Under the pieces are notes generated by a model that saw only the letters and a list, made by a program, of their open reading frames with translations, was not told where the DNA came from and did not search any database. From contig OY763927.2 in the NCBI GenBank assembly GCA_963667665.2, positions 1,344,001 to 1,408,000 on the forward strand: DNA of 64,000 bases, written 5' to 3'. Each line of letters starts with the position of its first letter. The first letter of the stretch is position 1. The position numbers and the translations under genes are program-made. Source of the stretch: Nitrosopumilus sp. (lineage in GTDB: Archaea; Thermoproteota; Nitrososphaeria; Nitrososphaerales; Nitrosopumilaceae). This document shows, in pieces, positions 36,298-46,762 of this stretch.

Positions 36298-37599
36298 TTA
36301 AGAATTATTCTTTTTCCCTTCAATTTTTTTTAAGATTATAGCACATAATCTTTCAGAAGATTTTCCATCGTCACTGTAGAAATATTTTTTAATAAATGCA
36401 TCAGTTTTTTTAGAATTACCTGCAGGATTTGAATCATAGGCAGATCTAATTTGTGCGACAATTTGAGCTGGATCATTAACTCTTAGTGCAAGTTCATGAT
36501 TGATTAATTTGCTAGTTAGGGCATTGAAAAAATCACAAAGAACCATAGGTTTTTGAAGAATCAATGCATGAACTAATACAAAAGATAAACTTACATTAGA
36601 AATTACAACATCAGCATCATCTAAGAATTGTGAGATATCTCCATTTTGATGAATTGGAACTGTGGGATCAATATCATGTAATAATTTTTCATATTCATAT
36701 AACATCTGTGCAGTTGGATGGATTTTTACCGTTAATGACATGTCATCTTGATTAGTTATTTGTTTCACAATCTCTTGAAAATTATAATCTCTTTCCTGAC
36801 GAGTCCATATTCCTACTTCATAAATTTGTGCAGGCATATATAAAATCCTGATTTTATCATGAATTCTTTTAATTGGTTTATTCTTTTTTATAAATTCAAA
36901 AGCTGTATCATGTACTGGACTTCCGATCACAAAAATATTTTCTTTATGGTAACCCTTCTCTAGCATAGTTTCAACTTGTTCATCACTAGGTAACCAATGA
37001 ATATCATTTTCAAATCTAGAATCATAAAATGGTCGTTTTTGGATAAATTGAATTTTGAAAATTAATACTATTAATGAGATTCTTTTAAAAAAAGAAAAAT
37101 TACATGCTTTTAATGTTTTAAAAAGAAATTGAAATTTGTAAACTAAAAACAAACCTCTTCTGAAAGGTTTTCTTTCTGATTTTGAAGTATCAGTTTGAAT
37201 TGATGAATGGAAAAATTTTGAAAAATAGGCTCTAATCTTTCTGAAGGCACTAATATGTTGAAGAAATTCTTTATCCATTCTTGTAACGCTAATTTTATTT
37301 CTAAAATTACCAGCAAAGTTTAACGTAAAATCTATTAAACTTGGAGGCTCATGATCAATTATTACATCAGGTTCAACTTCATCAATTATCTCTAATCCAT
37401 TATTGTAGTCATTAATATCCAAAATAATTTCATTACCAGTAGATGTTTTATCGATTTTATTTGGTCGATATACTAACCAGTAAATTTTTACATCAAAATT
37501 TTTTTCAAAAACTTTAGCGATATTTCTTGTCAATAATGTTGTTCTGTGATTAACTGAAGGTAAATGATGGATAGATGTAAGAATTTTGATTGAATCCAT
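36298..37599 (-). CDS. GT-B-like capsule biosynthesis protein (possible CMP-ulosonate or CDP-alditol transferase)
   Basis: VIGSPVHD, VKIHP, ADVVIS, DGKSSERL. Confidence 0.6.
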   Translation of the reverse strand: MDSIKILTSIHHLPSVNHRTTLLTRNIAKVFEKNFDVKIYWLVYRPNKIDKTSTGNEIILDINDYNNGLEIIDEVEPDVIIDHEPPSLIDFTLNFAGNFRNKISVTRMDKEFLQHISAFRKIRAYFSKFFHSSIQTDTSKSERKPFRRGLFLVYKFQFLFKTLKACNFSFFKRISLIVLIFKIQFIQKRPFYDSRFENDIHWLPSDEQVETMLEKGYHKENIFVIGSPVHDTAFEFIKKNKPIKRIHDKIRILYMPAQIYEVGIWTRQERDYNFQEIVKQITNQDDMSLTVKIHPTAQMLYEYEKLLHDIDPTVPIHQNGDISQFLDDADVVISNVSLSFVLVHALILQKPMVLCDFFNALTSKLINHELALRVNDPAQIVAQIRSAYDSNPAGNSKKTDAFIKKYFYSDDGKSSERLCAIILKKIEGKKNNS

Positions 37600-37648
37600 T
37601 TACTAAAAAAGAATTAAATTGAATATATAGACTTGTATATTTGATTAA

Positions 37649-38506
37649 TTATTTTATTGCTTCAACATAAAATGAATAATTAGGATTATTTTTATCAAAA
37701 AGTTTTCCTCTAAATTCTTTAAATTCACTACCTTGAAAGCTTGATGAATAAATTTTCTTAAAACCAGATTCTTTCAATAATTTTTCTAATTTAGAAAAAG
37801 TGTACCAATTAACATGAGGTACATTTCCTTGTTCATGGATCTCATCATCAGAGATTTGATTAGTAAAATAATTAGCAAATTCATCTATAAGCATAGAATT
37901 CAACATATCACGAAGTTTTTCTGCTGAGAATTTTTTCTTTAAAGGTTTTGCAAAGAAATGTAAAAATCGTTCTTCAATGGAACCATGACTAGAAGGATAG
38001 ACATAATCAAAATCATTATCCAAGAAAGCTTTTACAGCTATTTCAAAATCAGGTAAAACAAATCGTACAACACCATCAGGTTTTAAACATCTGAAAATTT
38101 CACTAAAAACATATGGGATATGTTTTTGCTGAACATGTTCTAAAGAATGAGATGTAAAGAAAAATGATACAGAATCATCATTAAAAGGAAATGGTGTATG
38201 ACTTGTAAAATTATAATTGTAATCTATTGTTCCAAAACTATGATATTTTGTTTCAAAATCTAAATTTTTCCAATGTCTTCTAAGAACATTACCAGAACCT
38301 AAATCAACCATTAGTTTTTTCTTATCTGTATCTTTATCAATTATTTTAAAAATTTGTTTTTTCAAAACTCTAAGATTACTTGGAATGTAAATAGGTCGTA
38401 CAATTTTGTATAATCGTGGATGTTGGACTACCCATGATTTTAACTTCCAGAAATAAGAATAATGAGGTGGAGTCAATTTATTTTCTGGGGATACTGATTT
38501 TTTCAA
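37649..38506 (-). CDS. SAM-dependent methyltransferase
   Basis: VDLGSG, FPFNDDSV, SHSLEH, LKPDGVVRFVLPD. Confidence 0.8.
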   Translation of the reverse strand: MKKSVSPENKLTPPHYSYFWKLKSWVVQHPRLYKIVRPIYIPSNLRVLKKQIFKIIDKDTDKKKLMVDLGSGNVLRRHWKNLDFETKYHSFGTIDYNYNFTSHTPFPFNDDSVSFFFTSHSLEHVQQKHIPYVFSEIFRCLKPDGVVRFVLPDFEIAVKAFLDNDFDYVYPSSHGSIEERFLHFFAKPLKKKFSAEKLRDMLNSMLIDEFANYFTNQISDDEIHEQGNVPHVNWYTFSKLEKLLKESGFKKIYSSSFQGSEFKEFRGKLFDKNNPNYSFYVEAIK

Positions 38507-38767
38507 ATTCTTAATACGAAATGGGAATTAGCATGGTTATAAATATTAAAAATTGAAAAAATAGTTCAGGTCTTATTTAAAAATTAAAGTAGATTCAAGG
38601 AATTTATGTGGTGAATAAAAACCAGATTATCTCTTAAAGAAATTATTGAAAACATAAGAGATTCAGAATATATACAATTTATTTTACTATCAATAATACA
38701 ACATCAAAAATTAAGATTTTTTAAACTAATTGTAAATATTCTTATGGGAAATTACTAAGTCAATATT

Positions 38768-39583
38768 GTGGAAGAGTTAATATCTGTAATTATACCAGTT
38801 TGGAAACCTCATTTTGAGCAATTAAAAATTTGTATTGAATCAATAGTAAATCAGACATACAAGAATTTAGAAATTATCATATCATATAGAAATGAGAATG
38901 CATTTGATGAAAAATTTTTCAGAATGATTAATGAATTTAATGATTCTAGAATAAAAATAATTTTAAATAAAAAAAAAGGATTCACTAATGCTCTAAATGA
39001 AGCAGTAGTATACGCAAGTGGTAAATATATTGCAAGAATGGATGCAGATGATTCTTGTAAAGTAGATAGGATTGAAAAACAAATGGAGTTTAAAAAACAT
39101 CATGATTATGATATTGTTGGAACATGGGGGAAAATTATATCAGAAGAAGGAAAGATTATAGGTAGTATTCAAGTTCCTATTTCAAACACAGAAATAAGGA
39201 AAAAAATAATTTTACATAATCCTATTTTACATCCATCAGTTTTAATGGATAAGAAAATTTTTGAGGATATTGGGTTATATGATACATCATTTGCACATGC
39301 AGAAGATTATGAATTATGGACTAGAGCTATAAAAAATAATTTACAAATAGGAAATATACCAGAATATTTAACATCAATTAGAGAAGCAAAAAATTCTAGA
39401 ACAAGAGGAGAAGAGTGGAGAGAACACAGAAAATACAATATTAAAGTCAAAAGTAAAGCAATAAATCAATATGGATTTAGGAAACCAACAGATATCTTTT
39501 ATTATGTAATTTCACTATTTTCTTATTTTGTATCACCAAAATATGCACTAACAGCAAAAAAAATTACTGGATGGTACAAATAA
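38768..39583 (+). CDS. GT2 glycosyltransferase
   Basis: SVIIPV, QTYKNLEII, ARMDADD, HPSV, AEDYELW. Confidence 0.9.
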   Translation: MEELISVIIPVWKPHFEQLKICIESIVNQTYKNLEIIISYRNENAFDEKFFRMINEFNDSRIKIILNKKKGFTNALNEAVVYASGKYIARMDADDSCKVDRIEKQMEFKKHHDYDIVGTWGKIISEEGKIIGSIQVPISNTEIRKKIILHNPILHPSVLMDKKIFEDIGLYDTSFAHAEDYELWTRAIKNNLQIGNIPEYLTSIREAKNSRTRGEEWREHRKYNIKVKSKAINQYGFRKPTDIFYYVISLFSYFVSPKYALTAKKITGWYK

Positions 39584-39627
39584 ACAGTAATAAAAATAAA
39601 ATTATTTTTAGAATAAGATATAAAAAA

Positions 39628-40605
39628 TTAAAATTTGGAAATTAATTGGATTGTTCCTTTATTTTCAAAATTTAATTTTAGTTCAGTTAGTTCTTTTAAG
39701 GAAGTTCTAACTTTTGAATGATATTTTTTTTCACAATAAAAAGTCAGAAATCCACCATATCCACCACCATTTAATTTCCCACCAAGAGCACCAGAATCAA
39801 TAGCTTTCTTGTAAAAGGAATCAACGGTAGGGTTAGAGATAAAAGGAGAAAGTTTCTTTTTTTCTGTCCAAGCGTCATCAAGTAATATACCAAATTGTGT
39901 TAGATCACCAGACTTGAGCAGATCAAGTCCCAAATCTGCTTGTTCCCTAATTTTTAATAAATTCTTAAAATTTTGTGGAATATTTTTCTTTTGATATGAA
40001 AGAGACTTGGAGCTTTTCCTTCTAATACCAGTATAGAAACATAAAATATTTTCTTCCAATTCAGAGAGAATTTTGTTTGAGATATTTACTTTTGATACTT
40101 TAACTGTTCGATCAGAATTAAATTTTATGTAACTTAGTCCACCAAAAGATGCAAAATACTGATCTTGTTTACCAATAGGTTCCTTCAATTTATTAATTTC
40201 AATATCAGAAGAGTTTTTTGCAAGATAATGTTTACTTGGTCGTTTTTTACTAAATAGTCCTAACGTATGTAATATTCCCACCATAGTAGAACTAGAAGAC
40301 CCCAATCCTGTTCCAGTACCAGGAACATCAGCTATTGTAACAAGTTCTAAACCATTTTTGATTTTATAGTGTAATAGACCCTCTCGAATTAATGGATGTT
40401 GTATTTTTGAACTATTTTTTACAATTTCAGTTTTTGAATAACTAGCCCTTATTTCAGATTCAAATCTGGAATTTGCTAATACATAAACATACTTGTCTAT
40501 AGTAGTTCCAATTACTGCGCCATAATCCTTTTTATAAAAATCATAGAAATCAGTTCCGCCACCAAAAAAACTAATTCGGAGGGGGGTACGTGTAACAATC
40601 AACAA
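39628..40605 (-). CDS. hddA: D-glycero-alpha-D-manno-heptose 7-phosphate kinase (GHMP)
   Basis: TPLRISFFGGGTD, GTGLGSSS, GKQDQY, GGGYGG. Confidence 0.85.
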   Translation of the reverse strand: MLIVTRTPLRISFFGGGTDFYDFYKKDYGAVIGTTIDKYVYVLANSRFESEIRASYSKTEIVKNSSKIQHPLIREGLLHYKIKNGLELVTIADVPGTGTGLGSSSSTMVGILHTLGLFSKKRPSKHYLAKNSSDIEINKLKEPIGKQDQYFASFGGLSYIKFNSDRTVKVSKVNISNKILSELEENILCFYTGIRRKSSKSLSYQKKNIPQNFKNLLKIREQADLGLDLLKSGDLTQFGILLDDAWTEKKKLSPFISNPTVDSFYKKAIDSGALGGKLNGGGYGGFLTFYCEKKYHSKVRTSLKELTELKLNFENKGTIQLISKF

Positions 40606-41547
40606 TTACTCTGGTTTAATTGATCTTATAGCCTCTAAAATACATTCTTTAGATGTTAGAGTTGGTTTCCATCCCAAATGCTTTAATTTTTTATTTGATA
40701 GATACATTTTTGGGACATCACCTTTCCAACCTCCTTTACCACCAGTAAAAGTTAGTTTTGTTCCATAGCCTAATTCCTTTACAAACAGTTTTGCAATTTG
40801 TCTAATTTTGATTTTATCATCATTTCCTAAATTATATACAAAGATAGAATTGTTAGTTTTTTGTGTTTTTTTAATAACAAATAACATTGCATCAACAAGT
40901 AATGTATTCGTTAAATATGATTTTTCTTGGTTTCCATCACCAAGAACTACAAGTGTTTTTTTATTTTTTTTTATTTTTTTGGAAAAATCAAAAATAATTC
41001 CATGAGTTGCAGGTTTTCCAGTGATATTAGCAAGACGAAAAATCCAGCTTTTTATGTTAAATAGATAAGCATATGATGAGATATAAGCCTCACATGCAAG
41101 TTTAGAAGCACCATATAATGAAATAGGAAGAGATGGACCATAATTTTCATCTGTTGGATATTCAGAAGGCAATCCAAAAACAGTTGAAGACGAGGTAAAT
41201 GCAAGTTTAGAAATTTTATTTTTTGACATTGCGTCTAAAACATTAATTGTTCCAATAGTATTGATATTTAGATCAAGTCGTTTGTCCATAGTACCTTGTC
41301 GAATATCAGGATTAGCTGCTAAATGAAAAACAAAATCACAATTTTTCATAGACTTTTCAAGTTTTTTAGAATCTAAAATATCACCTTTAATAAATTGAAA
41401 ATTCGTATTTTTTTTAAAATCGTCTAAAAAATTTAGATTTCCAGAGCTTAGGTTATCATAAACAATAATTTTATGATTATTTTTTATTAGTTGTTTTACT
41501 AAAGCAGATCCTATAAACCCAGTACCGCCAGTTACAAAATATTTCAT
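40606..41547 (-). CDS. NAD-dependent epimerase/dehydratase
   Basis: TGGTGFIG, HLAANPD, YGASK, GWKGDVP. Confidence 0.9.
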   Translation of the reverse strand: MKYFVTGGTGFIGSALVKQLIKNNHKIIVYDNLSSGNLNFLDDFKKNTNFQFIKGDILDSKKLEKSMKNCDFVFHLAANPDIRQGTMDKRLDLNINTIGTINVLDAMSKNKISKLAFTSSSTVFGLPSEYPTDENYGPSLPISLYGASKLACEAYISSYAYLFNIKSWIFRLANITGKPATHGIIFDFSKKIKKNKKTLVVLGDGNQEKSYLTNTLLVDAMLFVIKKTQKTNNSIFVYNLGNDDKIKIRQIAKLFVKELGYGTKLTFTGGKGGWKGDVPKMYLSNKKLKHLGWKPTLTSKECILEAIRSIKPE

Positions 41548-42128
41548 TTGTAATCTTTTCCTCCTCTAAATAGAGTCACAAGTATATGGTTAAGCATTAA
41601 ATGAAGATCCTCAATTCTGTACATTGAATTAGCAGGAATAATTATACATTCATCACAAAGTGTTTTCAGTTTCCCGCCATTAAAACCTGTAAAACCAATT
41701 ACTTTACCTTTCTTATTTTTAGCATATTTTGCAGCTTTAATTACATTTGAAGAGTTTCCACTACCACTAATGATTAATAATACATCAGAAGGATTAAAGA
41801 AATTCTTTAATTGTTCAACGAAAATATCATCATATTTAATATCATTTCCTAAAGCAGTAATTATTGGGATATTATCTGTAAGTGAGATAGTTCTAAATCT
41901 TTTTTTTCCAGTCATGCTAGATGTTTTATTCAGATCACATAACATGTGAGATGCCGTTGAGGCACTACCTCCATTTCCACAAATAAAAATATTATTTCCA
42001 TTTTTTTTTGTTTTTTCTAAAATATTAAATATTTTTTCAATTAGAACTTGTTGTGTTTTCAATTTCTCAATACTTTGAATGGAATCATCAAGATAATTTA
42101 GAATAATTTTAGAATTTTTTAAAGTCAT
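41544..42128 (-). CDS. gmhA: Sedoheptulose-7-phosphate isomerase (second SIS paralog)
   Basis: GNGGSASTASH, SGSGNS, GFNGG, IEDLH. Confidence 0.8.
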   Translation of the reverse strand: MTLKNSKIILNYLDDSIQSIEKLKTQQVLIEKIFNILEKTKKNGNNIFICGNGGSASTASHMLCDLNKTSSMTGKKRFRTISLTDNIPIITALGNDIKYDDIFVEQLKNFFNPSDVLLIISGSGNSSNVIKAAKYAKNKKGKVIGFTGFNGGKLKTLCDECIIIPANSMYRIEDLHLMLNHILVTLFRGGKDYK

Positions 42129-42173
42129 TTAGAATATCAGATACAGATCACATATTTCAACATATGTTTAAAG

Positions 42174-42860
42174 TCAGTCATTCATCATTGATTTGAACTT
42201 GTTTAATCTTGAAATAGTACCAATATCATAAAATCTTTTTTCAGTAGGAAAAGATGAAATCATTTTCTCACGTAGTAATGCAGGAAAAATATCATTTTCA
42301 ATTGATAAAATTTCATTATCAAATTTTTCAAAAAGTTTCTTTCTAAAGCAATAAATTCCAGCATCAATTGCATTAAGGTTATCAGAAGAATTTTTTGAAT
42401 AGTTATTGATCAAATTATTATTTACTGACATATTATACTTGTTTTCATAAAACTCAGGACCAACATAGGACACAACCTGCATTAATCCAGAATCTTTCTT
42501 ACAAAATCTAAGAAATTCATCATAATCAAAATCAAGATAAGTATCACCATTTATTACTAAAAAAACATCGTCTAATTCTTCATAGAATTTTTTAAAGCAA
42601 CCTGCAGTGCCTAAAGGTTTTTTTTCAATGAAATATCTTAACTTCATTCCAAATTTTTCACCATTTGAAAAATGCTGAATTATTTTTTCATGCATAAAAC
42701 CAACTGATAAAACAATATCAAAAAAATTATGATTTTTCAACATTATCAGTAATAATTCTAAAAAGGGTTTTTTGCCAATTTCAATCATTGGTTTAGGAAG
42801 CGTTTTAGTCAAATGTTGTAATCTTGTTCCAAAACCACCCGCTAGAATAATTACTTGCAT
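42174..42860 (-). CDS. hddC: Heptose-1-phosphate guanylyltransferase-like nucleotidyltransferase
   Basis: ILAGGFGTRL, PKPM, PLGTAG, NGDTY, DIGT; ATG 42860; context. Confidence 0.75.
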   Translation of the reverse strand: MQVIILAGGFGTRLQHLTKTLPKPMIEIGKKPFLELLLIMLKNHNFFDIVLSVGFMHEKIIQHFSNGEKFGMKLRYFIEKKPLGTAGCFKKFYEELDDVFLVINGDTYLDFDYDEFLRFCKKDSGLMQVVSYVGPEFYENKYNMSVNNNLINNYSKNSSDNLNAIDAGIYCFRKKLFEKFDNEILSIENDIFPALLREKMISSFPTEKRFYDIGTISRLNKFKSMMND

Positions 42861-42861
42861 A

Positions 42862-43368
42862 TCAATTTTTGAATAAAGTGATATTTGAATGCACAAAATC
42901 AAGTAAATCACCATTTCGTTTAATTTTATATCCTTTAATTTTAGCAGACAAAGCTGATTCTATGTCAATATCAGTATCACCAATCAATAGAGAAGAAGAT
43001 ACATCTATATCAAAATCTTTAATTGATTGCAAAAGTAAACCAGGTTTAGGTTTTCGGCAAATACAGTTTTCAGAAGGAAGATGGGGACAATAATAAAAAC
43101 ACTCAATTTTTCCACTATATTTTGCAATTTTAGATGAAATTGTTGAATGTAAAATATCTAATTCATCTATAGAAATAATTTTTCGATTAATGACAGATTG
43201 ATTTGTCACTACAATAATTATAAATCCAAGATCATTCAAAAATTTTATTGCTTTGGGAACATTTGGTAAAATTTTTAATTCATCTAAATTTTTTACATAA
43301 TCATCTCTATGCAGATTTATCACGCCATCTCTATCTAAAAAAACAGCTTTTCTTTTTGAATTAATCAT
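42862..43368 (-). CDS. gmhB: D,D-heptose 1,7-bisphosphate phosphatase
   Basis: FLDRDGVIN, TNQS, CPH...CICRKPKPG, IGD. Confidence 0.9.
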   Translation of the reverse strand: MINSKRKAVFLDRDGVINLHRDDYVKNLDELKILPNVPKAIKFLNDLGFIIIVVTNQSVINRKIISIDELDILHSTISSKIAKYSGKIECFYYCPHLPSENCICRKPKPGLLLQSIKDFDIDVSSSLLIGDTDIDIESALSAKIKGYKIKRNGDLLDFVHSNITLFKN

Positions 43369-43456
43369 ATTATTTCTAATCTAACATGATTAATTTAATT
43401 TGCTTAAGTTTTATACTGAAATTTCATTAATATAACACTGGATAAGAAATGATACA

Positions 43457-44821
43457 ATGAAACAAAACATATTATTTATTGTAATAGATTCATTCAGAGC
43501 TGACAAATGTTTTGGTAAACAAAAAATATCATTTACCCCAAATTTTGAGAAATTAATGAAAGAAGGAACTTATTTCTCAGAAACTGTATCTTGTGCTGAT
43601 GGAACAATTTTATCATTAGGGGGATTATTTACAGGACTTTTTCCATTCAAAGTAGGATTAGGAGGAAAATCCTATAATAAATTAGAAAAAGACATAGAAA
43701 CATATCTTTCAATTTTGAAAAATGCAGGATATTCTATTCATGGAACAGTTCCTAAAGCAATGGAATTTTATAATTTAACAAAAGATTTTGATAATAAAGA
43801 TGATTTAACTTATGATACATTTCTTAGATTGAAAGATGGATTAGATAAAAAAATTCATAACAAAATTAAAGAATTAGAAAATAAAAAACCATGGTTATAT
43901 TATATCCATTTGTTAGATCTGCATCAACCCATTTGGGTACCCGAACACTTGGATGATGAAAAATTTGGAGATAGTAAATATGAAAGGATGATTTCTTCTA
44001 TCGATGAATGGATTGGAAAAATTGCTAAAAAAATTGATTTGCAAAACACAATGATAGTCATTACAGCAGATCATGGGGAATATCTCCCTTTTGTAAAATT
44101 TGGTGATAAAACAATTAGTTTTGAAGAGATTAGATTGCAAAAGACGCAGACCGCCCTAGGCAATTTATTTCCAAGTTTTCTTTTACCATTAAAATGGAAA
44201 TGTACTATTTGGGCTCATAAATTAAGGACAAAATCTAGAAAAGAAAAAATTGAGAAATTATCATTAAGTTCTTATGAAAAACGTTCTCTTTTATTATCTA
44301 GATCAGATCCTGATTGCTACCTATATGATGAATTAATCAAAATTCCTCTGTTTATGATAGGAAGTGGTTTCCCTAAAAATAAAATAATTAAAAACCAAAT
44401 TCGGAGTGTCGATATTTTCCCAACGATTTTGGAGATATTAAAAATTAAAGATAAAAGAGAGATAGATGGACAAAGTTTAGTTTCATTAATGAACGGAAAT
44501 GAATTTAATGAGTTACCTGCATACGCTGAAAGTTCTGCATTTATAAAAAAATCACTAGGAGATGTTATTGGAGTAAGAACAAATGAATACAAATATTTTC
44601 GGTCAATTGATAGTTCAATTAAGAAAGTACATCTATATGATTTAAAAAAAGATCCTTTGGAAGAGAATAACATATCTTCTAAAGAATCAGACATAAAGAA
44701 AAAAATGGAATCATACATCAGCATGATTAGAAAAGGTGAAAAAATTATACAAAATGAAAAAATGAGTAAGGAAGAAAGACAGAATGTTGAAGATGAGTTA
44801 AGAAAACTAGGTTATATCTAA
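43457..44821 (+). CDS. Alkaline phosphatase/sulfatase-superfamily protein
   Basis: NILFIVIDSFRAD, DLHQP, TADHGE, DIFPT, LYDLKKDPLE, LRKLGYI. Confidence 0.85.
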   Translation: MKQNILFIVIDSFRADKCFGKQKISFTPNFEKLMKEGTYFSETVSCADGTILSLGGLFTGLFPFKVGLGGKSYNKLEKDIETYLSILKNAGYSIHGTVPKAMEFYNLTKDFDNKDDLTYDTFLRLKDGLDKKIHNKIKELENKKPWLYYIHLLDLHQPIWVPEHLDDEKFGDSKYERMISSIDEWIGKIAKKIDLQNTMIVITADHGEYLPFVKFGDKTISFEEIRLQKTQTALGNLFPSFLLPLKWKCTIWAHKLRTKSRKEKIEKLSLSSYEKRSLLLSRSDPDCYLYDELIKIPLFMIGSGFPKNKIIKNQIRSVDIFPTILEILKIKDKREIDGQSLVSLMNGNEFNELPAYAESSAFIKKSLGDVIGVRTNEYKYFRSIDSSIKKVHLYDLKKDPLEENNISSKESDIKKKMESYISMIRKGEKIIQNEKMSKEERQNVEDELRKLGYI

Positions 44822-44857
44822 AACTAAGAATACTTCCAATCACTAGAAATAATTATT

Positions 44858-45799
44858 TCAAAAATAACTAGAATTTATTGATTTCAATAATTGTACAATA
44901 TCATTTTTAGTTATTGGTTTGGGATTATTATCAAGATGTTTAAAATCAGGAATGATTGTTTCAGCAGCTTCATCTAATGATTGTTTTAAGCTAATTTTTG
45001 AAAAATTTAATTTTTTTACAAGATTAGAATATCGTTTATAAAATTTTGAATCATTAAATTTATGAGCTGCACTAGTAGTAAAAGCCAAAGCATGACCATG
45101 AGAAATACCCTCATTTGAATATACATAAGAAAGGGCATGCCCTAATGTTGTTGATGAATTTCCAAAGCCTAGACCATCAAACAAAGAACCTATCACAATT
45201 TTTTCATAATTCTTGGTAAGTATACCTTCTTCTAAAAGATCAAAAGCTGAATTACATAGAAATTTTGTATAAGGATTTGCAAGTTTACTGTCATATGCTT
45301 CAGTACATTGTGCACATGCATCAATTACTGAATTTTTAATTATTTTTTGATCTGAGTTTTCAATAAAATAAGAATCAATTATAGCAATATCTGCAAAAAT
45401 ACCATCATCATGAAAGCTTTTTTTCTTACCATCAACCTTTAACACTGAAATACGTGTTACTTCGCTACCACTGCCAAATGTAGTAGGAATAATTATTTTT
45501 AATTTCTTCATTTGAAAAGCACAATATTTTGCTACATCCATAGAGCTTCCACCACCAATACCAATAACATGACTAAAGGTAGAATTTTTGAATTTGGAAA
45601 TAATTTTTTCGACAGTTTTTAGAGATGGGTTGGGTTCTACATCATCAAAAATTTTCTGATTGCTCAATCCAGTGTATTCTAACCAACCTCTGGATTTTGC
45701 TCCTTTTGATGTAATAACTAAACAATTTTCTGGAAATGAAAATTCCTTAACAGAGTTTTTACCAAAAATGATTTTTGGTGGTTGTTTTATTGTCCACAT
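44858..45799 (-). CDS. Iron-containing alcohol dehydrogenase, probable phosphonoacetaldehyde reductase
   Basis: VEPNP, GGGSSMD, PTTFGSGSE, GHALSY, HGHA; adjacent to pepM. Confidence 0.8.
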   Translation of the reverse strand: MWTIKQPPKIIFGKNSVKEFSFPENCLVITSKGAKSRGWLEYTGLSNQKIFDDVEPNPSLKTVEKIISKFKNSTFSHVIGIGGGSSMDVAKYCAFQMKKLKIIIPTTFGSGSEVTRISVLKVDGKKKSFHDDGIFADIAIIDSYFIENSDQKIIKNSVIDACAQCTEAYDSKLANPYTKFLCNSAFDLLEEGILTKNYEKIVIGSLFDGLGFGNSSTTLGHALSYVYSNEGISHGHALAFTTSAAHKFNDSKFYKRYSNLVKKLNFSKISLKQSLDEAAETIIPDFKHLDNNPKPITKNDIVQLLKSINSSYF

Positions 45800-45862
45800 A
45801 TAAAGAAAGTAAAAAGATCTATTATTATAGATTAAATTATTTTCTTAATTTATCTGATTCAA

Positions 45863-46762
45863 ATGAATGATGGAGCCAATATTTTACACTCAAAATTAAA
45901 AGAAAAACAGATTTTGAAAGTAGCGGGGGCATTTGATGCAATGTCTGCTAAATTAGTAGAATTGAGTAATTTTGATGCTATTTGGGCAGGTAGTTTTGCC
46001 ATATCTGCAACTCATGCATTACCAGATGCTAGCATCCTTACTATGACAGAATTTCTATCTGTAGCATCCAATATGGCAGATGCTTGCTCAATTCCAATTA
46101 TTGCTGATTGTGATACAGGGTTTGGTGGACCTAGTAACGTTAGTCATATGGTAAAAAAATATGAAAGTGCAGGAATTGCTGCAGTGAGCATAGAAGACAA
46201 AGTATTTCCCAAACAAAATAGTCTTTTGGAAGAAGGTAATCAAGAATTATTATCAGAGAAAGATTTTGTTGCAAAAATTATAGCTGCAAAAAACGCTAAG
46301 GTAAATGAAAATTTTATGATTATTGCTAGAGTTGAAGCTCTGATTGCAGGATTAGGAGTTAATGAAGCAAAAAAAAGATCAGATGCATATGAAAAAGCAG
46401 GAGCAGATGCAATTTTAATTCACTCAAAAAAGAATACTCCAGATGAAATTTTTGAATTTTGTGATACATGGAATGGAAATATTCCAATAATTGCTATTCC
46501 TACATCATATCCAAATGTAACACTAGATGAACTTCAAAAACATAAAGTAAAAATGGTAATTTATGCAAATCAATCATTACGGGCAGCTCATTGGGCTATG
46601 GCTGAACATCTAAATAAATTATCTACAGCTGAAAGTCTTAGCGATGTTAAAACAAAAATGACTACGATGGAAGAGATATTTCATCTTCAAGAAATGTATG
46701 AAATTAAAAAACAAGAAACAGATATTGAAAAAAATCTAAAAAAATTAGGTTACATAAATTGA
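45863..46762 (+). CDS. pepM: Phosphoenolpyruvate mutase
   Basis: Diagnostic EDKx5NS motif (EDKVFPKQNS), DCDTGFG, ILIHS, IYANQ. Confidence 0.92.
   Translation: MNDGANILHSKLKEKQILKVAGAFDAMSAKLVELSNFDAIWAGSFAISATHALPDASILTMTEFLSVASNMADACSIPIIADCDTGFGGPSNVSHMVKKYESAGIAAVSIEDKVFPKQNSLLEEGNQELLSEKDFVAKIIAAKNAKVNENFMIIARVEALIAGLGVNEAKKRSDAYEKAGADAILIHSKKNTPDEIFEFCDTWNGNIPIIAIPTSYPNVTLDELQKHKVKMVIYANQSLRAAHWAMAEHLNKLSTAESLSDVKTKMTTMEEIFHLQEMYEIKKQETDIEKNLKKLGYIN

Noticed and set aside
45863-46762. Isocitrate lyase or methylisocitrate lyase
   Set aside because: Has EDKx5NS rather than the KKCGH/KRCGH motif
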